Source of the DNA: Acidimicrobiales bacterium
GTDB taxonomy: Bacteria > Actinomycetota > Acidimicrobiia > Acidimicrobiales > Bog-793
Direction: 5' to 3'
Assembly (NCBI GenBank): GCA_050015175.1
Contig: JBEKBX010000005.1
Coordinates: 9,069 to 73,068, forward strand
DNA: 64,000 bases
Positions 33,288 to 43,316 of this stretch are shown in pieces. A program made the translations under genes and the position numbers. The notes beneath the pieces are model-generated. The model did no database searches, had not been told where the DNA came from, and saw only the letters and a list, made by a program, of their open reading frames with translations. Each line of letters opens with the position of its first letter. Position 1 is the stretch's first letter.

Positions 33288-34883
33288 TCATGACAGCCAC
33301 ATGTTCTTGAAGCCATAGGCACCCAGCGGCAGGCCCGTCTTGCTCGGGACGACACCGTTTACTCGCGATGCATAACCGTCGATGACGGGGTTGAAGAACG
33401 GGATGATGTAGCCGCTCGCCACGCCCGAGTACTCCATTTCCTGCATCTCGTGGGCGATCTCCACTTTCTTGGTCTCATCCACTGTGGCCAGCGCCTGCCG
33501 ATACAGCCTCGTGTAGGCCCCGTTGTGTGTGTGGCTTTCGTTGAACGGAGCGCCGGCGACGGTAGCCTGCAGGACGTTGGAGAAGTAGGGGTAGTACATC
33601 CAGTTGTCCTGCGCGAACGTCCAGTGCAGGTAGTGCCGGCCGAAGAGCTCCGAACGTGTGACCTGTTTCAAGTTCACAGTGACGCCGGCTTCGGCCGCCT
33701 GTTGTGCGAGGACTTGGGCTACCTCTACGGTTCCCGGCACGATCGCACTCGTCACGAGCGTGACGGTCAGGTCGGAACGCCCCGCCCTTGTGAGCAGGCT
33801 TCTTGCCAGGTCAAGGTCCTGGACGCGCTGTGGCAGGGCCGAGTCGTACACGACGTCGCGTAAGCCGAACACGTCGTTGCCGATCCTCCCGTTGCCTCTG
33901 AAGACGATGTCGAGCATGTCCTGGCGGTCGCATATCAGGCGGAAGGCTTGTCGGACCCGAACGTCGTCAAAGGGCGGCTGGTCGACGCGCATCGTGAATG
34001 GCGTGTAGCCACCGCCCCAGGTGATCATCACATTGTTGCCGCCCGAGCGGACCGCGACGATCGAGTACGTGGAGATGAGGTCGATCACGTCGAGCGTGCC
34101 GCTGCCCAATGCGTTGACCTGGCTGACCTCACCAGGGAAGTCGCTGATGACGAGCTTGTCGATGTAGGGCAGGCCTGTTTCCCAGTAGTTCTCGTTCTTC
34201 ACGAAGGTGCTCTCTTGGCCGGCGGTGAACGACTCGTATTTGAAGGGACCGGTGCCGACCGGGTGTTTCAGGTCGAAGTCCACCGGCACGACGAAGAAGT
34301 GGTACGAGGCCAGGATGTCCTTCAGGACTGAGAAAGGCGTGAAGCACGGGATCTGTACGGTGAGCTTGTCGAGCTTCTTCGCGTTGGCGATGTCGAGGGC
34401 CTTCAGCGATATTGCACCGAGGGTAGGGGCTTTCGGGTTCACGATCCGTTGGAATGTGAACAGCACGTCGTCGGCGCTGAGCGTCTTGCCGTTGTGGAAC
34501 TCGACGTCCGGCTTCACCCGGATCGTCCAGTTCATGGAATCGCTGCTCGGCTCGAGCTCGCCGGCAAGGCTTTTCACGGGATGAGCGTCGAGGTCGAAAT
34601 CGATTAGCGGGTTGAACAGCGAGTACACGCGGGCCGCATCAACGAGGTTGACCCAGTTGTGCGGGTCGAGCGTGTCCCGGGCGCTGCCCCCGCTCAAGCC
34701 TGCGCGCAGGGTCCCGCCAGTCTGGGGGAGTGCTGTCGTCGTGGTCCCGGACGCAGTTGTGGTCGTCGTCGTGGTGCCCGAGCTGCAGGCTGCCAGCAGG
34801 CCTCCCGTGCCGAGGAAGACCGCGCCCTGCGCGGCACGGCGAAACAGGTCTCTCCGGCTCAGCTCGTATCCGCGCTCGGTCAT
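33288..34883 (-). CDS. ABC transporter substrate-binding lipoprotein, family 5 (peptide/nickel/opine type), Tat signal
   Basis: SRRDLFRRAAQGAVFLGTGGLLAACSS (twin-Arg plus lipobox); 531 aa with a family-5 SBP pattern. No permease or ATPase genes adjacent. Confidence 0.85.
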   Translation of the reverse strand: MTERGYELSRRDLFRRAAQGAVFLGTGGLLAACSSGTTTTTTTASGTTTTALPQTGGTLRAGLSGGSARDTLDPHNWVNLVDAARVYSLFNPLIDFDLDAHPVKSLAGELEPSSDSMNWTIRVKPDVEFHNGKTLSADDVLFTFQRIVNPKAPTLGAISLKALDIANAKKLDKLTVQIPCFTPFSVLKDILASYHFFVVPVDFDLKHPVGTGPFKYESFTAGQESTFVKNENYWETGLPYIDKLVISDFPGEVSQVNALGSGTLDVIDLISTYSIVAVRSGGNNVMITWGGGYTPFTMRVDQPPFDDVRVRQAFRLICDRQDMLDIVFRGNGRIGNDVFGLRDVVYDSALPQRVQDLDLARSLLTRAGRSDLTVTLVTSAIVPGTVEVAQVLAQQAAEAGVTVNLKQVTRSELFGRHYLHWTFAQDNWMYYPYFSNVLQATVAGAPFNESHTHNGAYTRLYRQALATVDETKKVEIAHEMQEMEYSGVASGYIIPFFNPVIDGYASRVNGVVPSKTGLPLGAYGFKNMWLS

Positions 34884-35099
34884 GGCTGCTCACCATCCTT
34901 CACCAGTGATGCACGGTAACGGCGCACGTGTCGCGACCTTTGGCAGAACAGTCGGAGGGACGTGAAGCAGCTCTTCCATGCAGCGTCGCGGGTCCGACGA
35001 GGTGGAGGACAAGACGCGTTCCTGTCCTTCTCCTACCTTCGGGACGCCCCTTCTCACATGCACCGAGAGGCAGGCGAGCGGTGCCGGTCAGTCGCAGCG

Positions 35100-36545
35100 T
35101 CACGCCAAGGGCGTCATGACGTGCTTGATCTGGGTGTAGTCCTCCAGGGAGTACATCGACATGTCCTTGCCGTAACCGCTCTGCTTGTAGCCGCCGTGCG
35201 GCATCTCCGGGGTGAGCCAGAAATGGGTGTTGACCCAAACGGCGCCGTACTGCAGCCGGCGGGCGACACGCATCGCGCGTGAGATGTCACGAGTCCACAC
35301 CGAAGACGCCAGTCCGTATTCGACGTCGTTGGCCCATGCCACGGCCTGGTCCTCGTCGGAGAATCGCTGTACCGTGACGACCGGTCCGAAGACCTCTCTC
35401 TGCACTATCTCGGCCTTCTGGTCGACTCCGGTGACGACGGTCGGCTTGTAGTAGAAGCCCGCCCCTGGGATCTCCTCGCCGCCGGTGAGGACCTTGGCCC
35501 CGGCGTCCTGCGCCCGCTCGACGAAGCCCTTCACACTTTCCCGCTGTTTCGCAGATACCAGCGGTCCCACTTCGACCTCAGCGTCGGTGATGTCGCCGAC
35601 CTTGATCGACTCCACGGCGGGCACCAGTCCGGAGAGCAGGTCGTCGTAGATCTTGGGACCAGTGACCACGCGACATGAGGCGGTGCAGTCTTGGCCGGTG
35701 TTCGCGTAGCCGGCGAACTTCAGGGTCTCGACCAGCGCGTTCACGTCAGCGTCGTCGAAGACAACCACGGGGGCCTTTCCGCCGAGCTCGAGATGGGCAC
35801 GCTTGACAGTCTCGGCACAGGCAGCGGCGATGATCTTGCCGGTCGCTGTGTCTCCGGTGACAGACACCAGTCGGACCGCCGGGTGGTGGGTAAGGGCGTC
35901 GCCGATGACCGCGCCCCGGCCGGTCACGACGTTGAACACTCCCGCAGGGAGAATTTCGGCAGCCAGGTCGGCCAGGCGGAGTGTGGTGAGCGGTGTGATC
36001 TGTGCCGGCTTGATTATCGAGGTGTTGCCGGCCGCCAACGCAGGGCCGAGCTTCCAGACGGCCATCATCAAGGGGTAGTTCCAGGGACAGATGCCCACGG
36101 TGACCCCCAAGGGCTCCCGGCGGATCATGCTGGTGAAGCCCCTCTCGTACTCTCCGGTCGACTTGCCTTCCTGGCAACGGGCAGCGCCGGCGAAAAAGCG
36201 CAGACTGTCTGAGATGAACGGGATGTCGGCCTTGGAGACCGTTATGGGCTTGCCGACGTCGATGGACTCGAGACGGGCGAGTTCGGCCGCGTCGGCGTCG
36301 ATGGCGTCGGCGAGCTTGAGGAGCATTGTGCTGCGCTCTTTGGGGGGTGTGTCGAACCAGACCTCGTCGTAGGCATTCTGCGCCGCACTCACCGCACGCT
36401 CGATGTCCTCCTTGCCGGCGACAGCGACCCTGGCGATGGGCTTTCCTGTTGACGGGTTGATGTCCTCATCTGTCTCGCCGTCGGCGGGATCTGCCCATTC
36501 GCCGCCGATGAACAACGGGCGGTATTTCTCCACGTTCTCCTCCAT
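35100..36545 (-). CDS. NAD(P)-dependent aldehyde dehydrogenase (aminobutyraldehyde dehydrogenase-like)
   Basis: ELGGKAP (catalytic Glu), NTGQDCTA (catalytic Cys), FIGGEW N-terminus, [11 protein letters not shown]-terminus. SD GAAAGGAGAG upstream. Confidence 0.9.
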   Translation of the reverse strand: MEENVEKYRPLFIGGEWADPADGETDEDINPSTGKPIARVAVAGKEDIERAVSAAQNAYDEVWFDTPPKERSTMLLKLADAIDADAAELARLESIDVGKPITVSKADIPFISDSLRFFAGAARCQEGKSTGEYERGFTSMIRREPLGVTVGICPWNYPLMMAVWKLGPALAAGNTSIIKPAQITPLTTLRLADLAAEILPAGVFNVVTGRGAVIGDALTHHPAVRLVSVTGDTATGKIIAAACAETVKRAHLELGGKAPVVVFDDADVNALVETLKFAGYANTGQDCTASCRVVTGPKIYDDLLSGLVPAVESIKVGDITDAEVEVGPLVSAKQRESVKGFVERAQDAGAKVLTGGEEIPGAGFYYKPTVVTGVDQKAEIVQREVFGPVVTVQRFSDEDQAVAWANDVEYGLASSVWTRDISRAMRVARRLQYGAVWVNTHFWLTPEMPHGGYKQSGYGKDMSMYSLEDYTQIKHVMTPLA

Positions 36546-36834
36546 GGCACTGCTCTCCTTTCCGCAATCGTGCCCTTAGCTGTCGAAGCTCTCGCTGCCC
36601 AGTGGTCCGCCGTGAAGGTCAGGTCCGCGTCCGACAGCCCCGAGTCTCGCTGCGAACACTTGGCGATCGTCTGGGTGGCGACCTTGCGCCGCACGCGATG
36701 ACCATCGGCATGGCCTGCCTCTGGGTGCACCGTAGCTCCGGTGACGCCGTTCGCCCAGGGCCGAAGGTCCCTCCGCAACGACCGTGGGCGCTTGGCACAG
36801 AAATACCGCTTCACGGCCCCGAAGGCCGCGACTG

Positions 36835-37374
36835 TCAGGTCGCGAGCCCGAACGTCTCGCTCTCGTGCTTGCCCTTGACCGTGTAGGAGAACGTGGCCCT
36901 GGAGTAAAGAGGACCATACTTCTTGGTTTGGGTCACCTCCGACAGGACCACCTTCGCGGCATAGCTGTGGAAGTGGCCCGACACGCAGTTGGGCTGACAG
37001 TCGTTCTGGTAGAGGTCGCCCGTCCCGAGGGCGGTCTTCAGTCCCCAGTTCACCCATCTGACGTTTCTCCAAGCGGCATTGGCGTCGGCACAGGACATGA
37101 GGTAGCTCGGCGGTCTCACTTCGGGCACGCTGAGGCACGAGAGCACCCTCGGGACGGCCTTGACGGCCGAAGCCTTGCTCGAAGCGACTGCAACCGTCCT
37201 CGAGGAAGCAGACGCTGGACCGGGGGCGGCACCGGCTCCGCCCGTTGGCAGGGACAGGGCGACGGCAAGTGTGCCGCCGAAGATCGCAAGGGAAACGCGC
37301 CGCAAGATCCACCTCTGTTTTTTCGACCGAAGGCCGTTCACCGGCCGGACAAGACGACAGTACCCAGTGCTCAC
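36835..37374 (-). CDS. Hypothetical secreted protein (signal peptide, 4 Cys)
   Basis: RRVSLAIFGGTLAVALSLPTGGAGAAPG signal-like N-terminus. The mature part is CLSVPEVRPPSYLMSCADANAAWRNVRWVNWG...CQPNCVSGHFHSY. No known family recognised. Confidence 0.55.
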   Translation of the reverse strand: MSTGYCRLVRPVNGLRSKKQRWILRRVSLAIFGGTLAVALSLPTGGAGAAPGPASASSRTVAVASSKASAVKAVPRVLSCLSVPEVRPPSYLMSCADANAAWRNVRWVNWGLKTALGTGDLYQNDCQPNCVSGHFHSYAAKVVLSEVTQTKKYGPLYSRATFSYTVKGKHESETFGLAT

Positions 37375-37636
37375 GGCCGACGCGCGTCAGCTGCGACGTG
37401 TCGACACCAGGGTCTCAACTGGTCACACGAGGTCAGCGATCGCCTACTCGGCCACTGCCACGGACCTGGACCGACCACCTGAGAGACCTTGGCTGCCCGA
37501 GAACGCAACTATCAGGGTCGGGCACGGGCCGAACTGTTCAGCAGTCCTGTTGGCGCGAAATCACAAGTCCGCGACTGTCCAGCTTCGAGACCACTTGACT
37601 GTGAACCCGGCGTCGCCGGGCCGATGGAGCTCCCGC

Positions 37637-39256
37637 CTAGTTCGTCTCTTGGTTGCCCTCCGGAGCTCCTACGTTTGTCGGCGATAGTGGCAGGGCGACA
37701 CCCTCGGGAACGAGGGTCGGTGTCGAGCGGTTGAGCGTTTCCCCGCCGAAGAAGGCTGGGCTTGCGAACCGCCAGATCACCGCACAGATGAGACCGACGA
37801 GGCCGCTCAAGAGGAAGATCAGGAACACGCCGCCTATCTCCCAGTGCGGGCCGAACGGCAGCCTCCACGAGGTATAGCTCTGACCGCTCGAGTAGAACCA
37901 GTCCTCTTTCAGACTCCAGGCTCCGGCTGCGTACATGATGAGGCCTCCGAGGCCCGGCAGGATTCCCCTCATGAAAAGGTCCCGAGTACTTCGCGTGAGC
38001 GTCTTTCGGTAGTACCACAGGCACGTCCAACCGGTCAGGCCGTAGTAGAAGGCGATCCAAACGCCGATCGAGGTGATGGCGTCCAAGATCATGTACCCCC
38101 CGGACATGTAGTTCATCGCCGCGTACATCACGATCGAGATACCACCCATCGCCACCGTCGCGACCGTCGGAGTCAGATACTGCTTGTGCATTCGTCCGAA
38201 CGCGTCGGGTATCGCCTTGTAGACGCTCATCGAGAGAACCGTTCGAGCCGTGGGCAGGATCGTCGTTTGCGTGGAAGCGACGGCCGACGAGAACACCATG
38301 AGCAGCAGCAGGTGCGAGAAGGTCGAGCCGATCCAGCTCGATCCGAAGACGGCAGCACCCTGTACCGACAACACGTCGGTCAGGTGCGCGGGGTTTGTCA
38401 GCCCTATGTTCTTCGAGCCGTCACCGGCAAAGGCTTGTGCCGCGATGGTGACGATCCCGTATGTGGCCAGCAGCAACACCGTGGCGATGATCCCGGCCAG
38501 TCCCGGTAGTCGGTCCTTGTCACTCGTCTCCTCGTTCACCGAGAGCGATGTGTCCCAGCCCCAGTAGATGAACAGCATCAGGACGAGGCCGTCTACGAGT
38601 GCCGTAGGAGAGAGGGTGGTTGGGTTGAACCACGACAGGGTCGGCACCATGTGGCCCGGCGGCGCATCATTGATCGCCACCCTGACGAGTGCGACGGCCG
38701 CGTAGACAGCCATCATGATGAGCTCGATCGCCAACAGGACGAACTGGATCTTCGCCGAGATCTCGATGCCGCGGTAGCAGACGTAGGTCAGAACGACGAT
38801 GAAGAGCACGCCGACGAGGAGCACCCAGAAGCTGCTCGGATCGTTTCCGATGCCCTTCGCGTTGAACAGGAGGAATAGATACTGACCGGAGATCTCAGCA
38901 AGGCTCGCCATGCAGAGCACGTCGGAGGCGATGATCCCCCAGCCGCCTGCCCACCCCGTCCTGGGCCCGAAGGCGCGCGTGGCCCAAGTGAAGGTCGTCC
39001 CACAGTCGGGATCCGCCTTGTTGAGCTCGCTGTAGCCGATCGAGATCAGCAACATCGGCACGAAAGCGCCAATCGCGACAAGCGGTGCGTGAAAACCGAC
39101 CGTGACGGCGATAAGCCCGAGAGTCGCAGCAAGGCTGAAGGCGGGGGCAGTTGACGCGGTTCCGATGACCACGCTCGAGACGAGCCCGAGTGCCCCCGAC
39201 TTCAATCCCTTGTCGACCCCTCCCTCAACTGGCATCAAGGCGGGGTCGGCCGACAT
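37637..39256 (-). CDS. APC-superfamily amino acid/polyamine permease
   Basis: 539 aa, about 12-13 TM, with an N-terminal GLVSSVVIGTASTAPAFSL... pattern of APC transporters. The ATG overlaps the gdhA stop by 1 nt (TGATG). Confidence 0.85.
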   Translation of the reverse strand: MSADPALMPVEGGVDKGLKSGALGLVSSVVIGTASTAPAFSLAATLGLIAVTVGFHAPLVAIGAFVPMLLISIGYSELNKADPDCGTTFTWATRAFGPRTGWAGGWGIIASDVLCMASLAEISGQYLFLLFNAKGIGNDPSSFWVLLVGVLFIVVLTYVCYRGIEISAKIQFVLLAIELIMMAVYAAVALVRVAINDAPPGHMVPTLSWFNPTTLSPTALVDGLVLMLFIYWGWDTSLSVNEETSDKDRLPGLAGIIATVLLLATYGIVTIAAQAFAGDGSKNIGLTNPAHLTDVLSVQGAAVFGSSWIGSTFSHLLLLMVFSSAVASTQTTILPTARTVLSMSVYKAIPDAFGRMHKQYLTPTVATVAMGGISIVMYAAMNYMSGGYMILDAITSIGVWIAFYYGLTGWTCLWYYRKTLTRSTRDLFMRGILPGLGGLIMYAAGAWSLKEDWFYSSGQSYTSWRLPFGPHWEIGGVFLIFLLSGLVGLICAVIWRFASPAFFGGETLNRSTPTLVPEGVALPLSPTNVGAPEGNQETN

Positions 39257-40614
39257 CAGACCGTGCTCTCGTCCACCATGGCGTCTGCCACCTTCACGAA
39301 GCCGGCGATGTTGGCACCCAAAACGTAGTCGCCCGGCCTGCCGTAGTCCTCGGCTGCGGCGCGCACGTTGGTATGGATCGCGTGCATGATCTGGCGCAAC
39401 TTGTTATCCACCTGCTCCCGGGTCCATGACAGGTGCTCGATGTCCTGGGTCATCTCCAGGCCGGAGACGGCGACGCCGCCAGCGTTCGCAGCCTTGCCCG
39501 GTCCGTAGAGGAGCTTGGCCTCGAGGAACCGGTCGACTCCCTCGGGCGTCGTCGGCATGTTCGCACCCTCGGCGACCAGCTTGAGCCCGTTGGCCACGAG
39601 ATTGCGCGCATCCACGCCGTTGATCTCGTTCTGGGTCGCGCTCGGGAATGCACACTCTGCCGGGACGGCCCACAGCGGGTTGGAGCCCTCGTTCTTTGCC
39701 GGCGTGAAACTCGCAGTCGGGAAGCGCTCCGCGTACTCGCGGATCCGTCCCCGTCGCACGTTCTTCAACTCCATCACGAAGGCGAGCTTCTCGGTGTCGA
39801 TCCCGTCGGGGTCATGGATGAACCCGTCCGAGTCCGAGAGCGTGAGCGGCTTGGCACCCAGCTCGATGAGCTTCTCGACCGTGTACTGAGCGACGTTGCC
39901 GCTGCCCGAAACGAGGCAGTTCTTGCCCCCGAGGGTCTCCGCGCGCGTCGCGAGCATTTCTTGGGCGAAGTAGACCGCGCCGTAACCGGTCGCTTCCGGA
40001 CGGATCTCCGAGCCTCCCCAGTTGAGGCCCTTGCCGGTGAGCACACCGGTGAACTGGTTCGCGATCCTCTTGTAGTGCCCGAACAGGTAGCCGATCTCCC
40101 GGCCACCGACGCCGATGTCGCCGGCGGGCACATCTGTGAACTGGCCGATGTGACGGTAGAGCTCGGTCATGAAGGCCTGGCAGAAACGACGCACCTCTCC
40201 GTCGCTCTTGCCCTTCGGGTCGAAGTCGGCGCCGCCCTTCGCGCCGCCCATTGGCAAGGTGGTGAGAGAGTTCTTGATGACCTGCTCGAAGGCGAGAAAC
40301 TTGAGCAGTCCCAGATAGACCGACGGGTGGAACCTGAGCCCGCCCTTGTACGGCCCGATGGCGCTGTTCATCTGGACTCGGTAGCCACGGTTGACCTGGA
40401 TCTCGCCGTTGTCGTCGACCCAGCTGACCCGGAACATGATCACCCGCTCCGGCTCGACGAGCCGCTCGAGGACCTTCATCTCCTGGTACTTGGGGTAACG
40501 CTCGACGACGGGCTCCAGGGATGTCAGCACCTCACGCACCGCCTGCAGGAACTCCGGCTCGCCCGAGTTGCGTACCTCAAGGTCGTTCAAGATGTTCTTG
40601 ACGTTGTTGCTCAC
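39256..40614 (-). CDS. gdhA: NADP-specific glutamate dehydrogenase
   Basis: GTG at 40614 with GGGAGG upstream. Near-colinear similarity to E. coli GdhA as I recall it: EFLQAVREV, ERLVEPERVIMFRV, AIGPYKGGLRFHPSV, PMGGAKGGADFDPKGKSDGEV, GKAANAGGVAVSGLEM, GANIAGFVKVADAM. Confidence 0.95.
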   Translation of the reverse strand: MSNNVKNILNDLEVRNSGEPEFLQAVREVLTSLEPVVERYPKYQEMKVLERLVEPERVIMFRVSWVDDNGEIQVNRGYRVQMNSAIGPYKGGLRFHPSVYLGLLKFLAFEQVIKNSLTTLPMGGAKGGADFDPKGKSDGEVRRFCQAFMTELYRHIGQFTDVPAGDIGVGGREIGYLFGHYKRIANQFTGVLTGKGLNWGGSEIRPEATGYGAVYFAQEMLATRAETLGGKNCLVSGSGNVAQYTVEKLIELGAKPLTLSDSDGFIHDPDGIDTEKLAFVMELKNVRRGRIREYAERFPTASFTPAKNEGSNPLWAVPAECAFPSATQNEINGVDARNLVANGLKLVAEGANMPTTPEGVDRFLEAKLLYGPGKAANAGGVAVSGLEMTQDIEHLSWTREQVDNKLRQIMHAIHTNVRAAAEDYGRPGDYVLGANIAGFVKVADAMVDESTV

Positions 40615-40931
40615 TTCAGTTGCCTCCCTGTGCACTCCGTTGTGCACATCTGGCTTCTCGTCTGCTCGGCCATGCCTATCTGCCGCGCTCCTTGCCCTCG
40701 GTGATCGGTCCCAGACCGTTGACATGAGATTCTCGACCCGATGCCGTCCTTCCTGGTCTCGTTGAGGGCTCTTTGTCAATTCTTGCACCGTCTACTGGGC
40801 CTGAATAGGGACTTTCGGCCCATGGAGAAATGTCGCGCCTCCTCTAAACTAACTAGGCGCACCTCTGCAGTTGCATTTCATTGTGCTGACCCTTATTTGT
40901 GTTGCGCGAATTGCCGAGAAAGGACCTTCTC

Positions 40932-42152
40932 ATGCGAGTTCTCGTGGTAGGAGCCGGTGGAGTCGGGAGTGCCTTCGCCCATATAGCAGCGCGCCGAGGC
41001 AGCTTCGAGAAGGTCGTGATGGCCGACTACGACACCGAGCGCGCGAAGAAGGCCGCGTCTGTCTCGGATCGATTTTCAGGCTACAAGGTCGACGCCTCCG
41101 ACGAGGCGGCGATCACCGAGCTGCTCCGCGCCGAGAACTGTGACGTGGTCCTCAATGCCGTCGACCCTCGTTTTGTCATGCCGATCTACCGCGGCGCCCT
41201 CGCAGCCGGCGTCAACTACGTGGACATGGCGATGTCCCTGTCGCGGCCAGACGCCGAGGAGCCGTACTCCAAGACAGGGGTGAAGCTCGGGGACGAGCAG
41301 TTCGAGCTTGCCCCGAAGTGGGAGGAGCGTGGGTTGCTGGCCCTCGCCGGCATGGGCGTCGAGCCCGGGCTGTCCGACGTGTTCGCACGCCACGCGGCGG
41401 ACACTCTCTTCAGTTCGGTTGACGAGTTCGGCGTCAGGGACGGCGCCAACCTCGTCATCGATGGCTACGACTTCTGCCCGAGCTTTTCCATCTGGACGAC
41501 GATCGAGGAATGCCTCAACCCCCCCGTCATCTGGGAGAAGGATCGGGGATGGTTCACCACCGAGCCGTTCAGCGAGCCGGAGACCTTCGTCTTCCCGGCC
41601 GGCATCGGCCCGGTCGAGTGCGTGAACGTGGAGCACGAGGAAGTCCTCCTCATGCCGCGTTGGCTGGATGCGAAGCGAGTCACGTTCAAGTACGGCCTTG
41701 GCGACGACTTCATCGGGGTGTTGAAGACGCTCCACATGCTCGGGCTCGACTCGACGAAGAAGATCTCCGTGGGCGGCGAGAAGGTTTCGCCTCGGGATGT
41801 GGTCGCGGCCTGCCTTCCCGACCCGGCCCTCATCGGCCACCTCATGCACGGCGTCACCTGCGCGGGAACTTGGGTGACGGGCGTCGGCAAGGACGGTTCG
41901 CCGAGGGAGGTATACCTGTACCACGCGGTCGACAACGACTGGTGCATGTCCGTGGACGACTCGCAGGCTGTTGTCTGGCAGACAGCCATCAACCCGATAG
42001 TCGCCATCGAGCTCCTCGACTCGGGAGCGTGGTCGGGCGTCGGCCTGCTCGGTCCGGAAGCGCTTCCGTCAGAGCCGTTCCTAGAGCTGTTGAACGACAG
42101 TGGCGCCCCGTGGGGCCTCGACGAGAGGACGCCTGGGGCGGCTTTGTCATAG
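40932..42152 (+). CDS. Saccharopine dehydrogenase family protein (saccharopine / carboxynorspermidine dehydrogenase-like)
   Basis: ATG at 40932 with GAAAGGA upstream. MRVLVVGAGGVGSAFAHIAARR Rossmann motif, followed by a family-typical length and C-terminal domain. Confidence 0.8.
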   Translation: MRVLVVGAGGVGSAFAHIAARRGSFEKVVMADYDTERAKKAASVSDRFSGYKVDASDEAAITELLRAENCDVVLNAVDPRFVMPIYRGALAAGVNYVDMAMSLSRPDAEEPYSKTGVKLGDEQFELAPKWEERGLLALAGMGVEPGLSDVFARHAADTLFSSVDEFGVRDGANLVIDGYDFCPSFSIWTTIEECLNPPVIWEKDRGWFTTEPFSEPETFVFPAGIGPVECVNVEHEEVLLMPRWLDAKRVTFKYGLGDDFIGVLKTLHMLGLDSTKKISVGGEKVSPRDVVAACLPDPALIGHLMHGVTCAGTWVTGVGKDGSPREVYLYHAVDNDWCMSVDDSQAVVWQTAINPIVAIELLDSGAWSGVGLLGPEALPSEPFLELLNDSGAPWGLDERTPGAALS

Positions 42153-42587
42153 TCCCGGGGACGTCAAATCCGGGGGACGCAGCACGGCAGATTTGCCCAG
42201 TGTCGAGGTTCTGAGCCTCTCAGAGACTGGCTGACATGGCCGGATCCTAAAGACGCCCTTCAGCTCTCCTTAGGAAGCTCACGATGGATGGGCTGACCGC
42301 GAGCGAGATGCCAGCGGTGAGCCATGCATCGCACGGTCAACCTGTCTGTCAATGAGGACTCATCAGAGGCTCGGCCGGAGGGCTGATGACATCCTGCCGG
42401 CCATCCATGGGCGACGTATCGTCCCTGGGTGTTCCACCGGCAGCATGCCGAGACCGCACTTCGGCCGGCGAGGACCCGCTGTCTTGGGGATCGGACCTGG
42501 AATGAGGGGCCTCGTTGCGTCCAAAGCCTGGTCGAAGATAGGTCTTTGGCCCTACCACTTGCCGAGCCTCGAGTTTAAGCTGGCTTC

Positions 42588-43316
42588 ATGAAGCGAATTT
42601 CTGCCTATTCTCGTCCTGAGTCCGTCGGCGAGGCGTTGGCGTTGCTCGAGCGGCCGGGGGCGGTTCTCATCGGCGGCGGCACAAAGCTGCGGGACCGGAG
42701 GTCATCCGAACCGATTTCGGTCGTGGACCTGCAGGCCACCGATCTCGACAGGATCGAGCGGCTCGACACGGGGGTGCTGCGCATCGGCGCGACCGCCACG
42801 TTGCAGCAGCTCGTCGACAGTGAAGAGGTTCCCGCGGTCATTCGGGAGGCCGCCAGACGTGAGCTGCCGAGCACGCTACGGGCGCAGTCCACGCTGGGTG
42901 GCACGATCGTGAGCGCGGACTGGGAGAGCGAGCTCCTTGCTGCGTTGCTCGTTCACGATGCGGTCGTGTCCGTCGCCCGGCCAGAGGGGACCGAGAACAT
43001 GGGGCTGGACGTCATGCTGGCACAGCTCCCGTCTTCGTCCCACGGCATCGTGACTGCTGTCGCCATCGAGACCGGCGGCGCAACATCGGCTGCGCGAACA
43101 GCGCGCACACCGGCTGACAAACCCATAGTCGTGGCGGTGGCTCGCGTGGGGGCCGACGGGCGCAGACGGATCGCCCTCGCCGGGGTGGCGACGACTCCTG
43201 TCCTCGTGGATGAGATCGATGACCTGGATCCGCCTGGCGACTTCCGCGGATCCGGCCAATACCGCCGCGAGCTGGCCCGCGTGCTCGTTTCTCGTGCGAT
43301 CGAGGAGGTGTCCTGA
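42588..43316 (+). CDS. FAD-binding subunit of a xanthine-dehydrogenase-family enzyme (CoxM/XdhB-like)
   Basis: YSRPESVGEALALL...VLIGGGTKL, LRIGATATLQQL, LRAQSTLGGTIV, and C-terminal DFRGSGQYRRELARVLVSRA. Its stop overlaps the next ATG by 1 nt. Confidence 0.8.
   Translation: MKRISAYSRPESVGEALALLERPGAVLIGGGTKLRDRRSSEPISVVDLQATDLDRIERLDTGVLRIGATATLQQLVDSEEVPAVIREAARRELPSTLRAQSTLGGTIVSADWESELLAALLVHDAVVSVARPEGTENMGLDVMLAQLPSSSHGIVTAVAIETGGATSAARTARTPADKPIVVAVARVGADGRRRIALAGVATTPVLVDEIDDLDPPGDFRGSGQYRRELARVLVSRAIEEVS

Noticed and set aside
36546-36834. High-GC3 reverse frame in the 290-bp gap upstream of the ALDH gene (…VHPEAGHADGHRVRRKVATQTIAKCSQRDSGLSDADLTFTADHW…)
   Set aside because: It has no plausible start, the frame runs through the ALDH start without a stop, and there is no recognisable family. 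It may be a gene remnant, but that cannot be supported.
39433-40704. 423-aa ORF on the + strand
   Set aside because: It is antisense to gdhA, whose protein is near-colinear with E. coli GdhA. This is a shadow ORF.
42153-42587. Possible Moco riboswitch upstream of the molybdoenzyme operon
   Set aside because: The closest resemblances I could see (CTCGGCCGGAG, CCTGGAATGAGGGG) do not reproduce the conserved elements as I remember them, and I cannot run a covariance model. It is kept only as an unexplained long leader.
42352-42591. 79-aa ORF whose TGA overlaps the FAD-subunit ATG (ATGA)
   Set aside because: The coupling is tempting. However, the protein is basic and Arg/Gly/Pro-rich with no hydrophobic core. 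GC3 is only about 70 percent by hand count, and the same DNA forms several stems. I treat it as leader sequence, not a gene.
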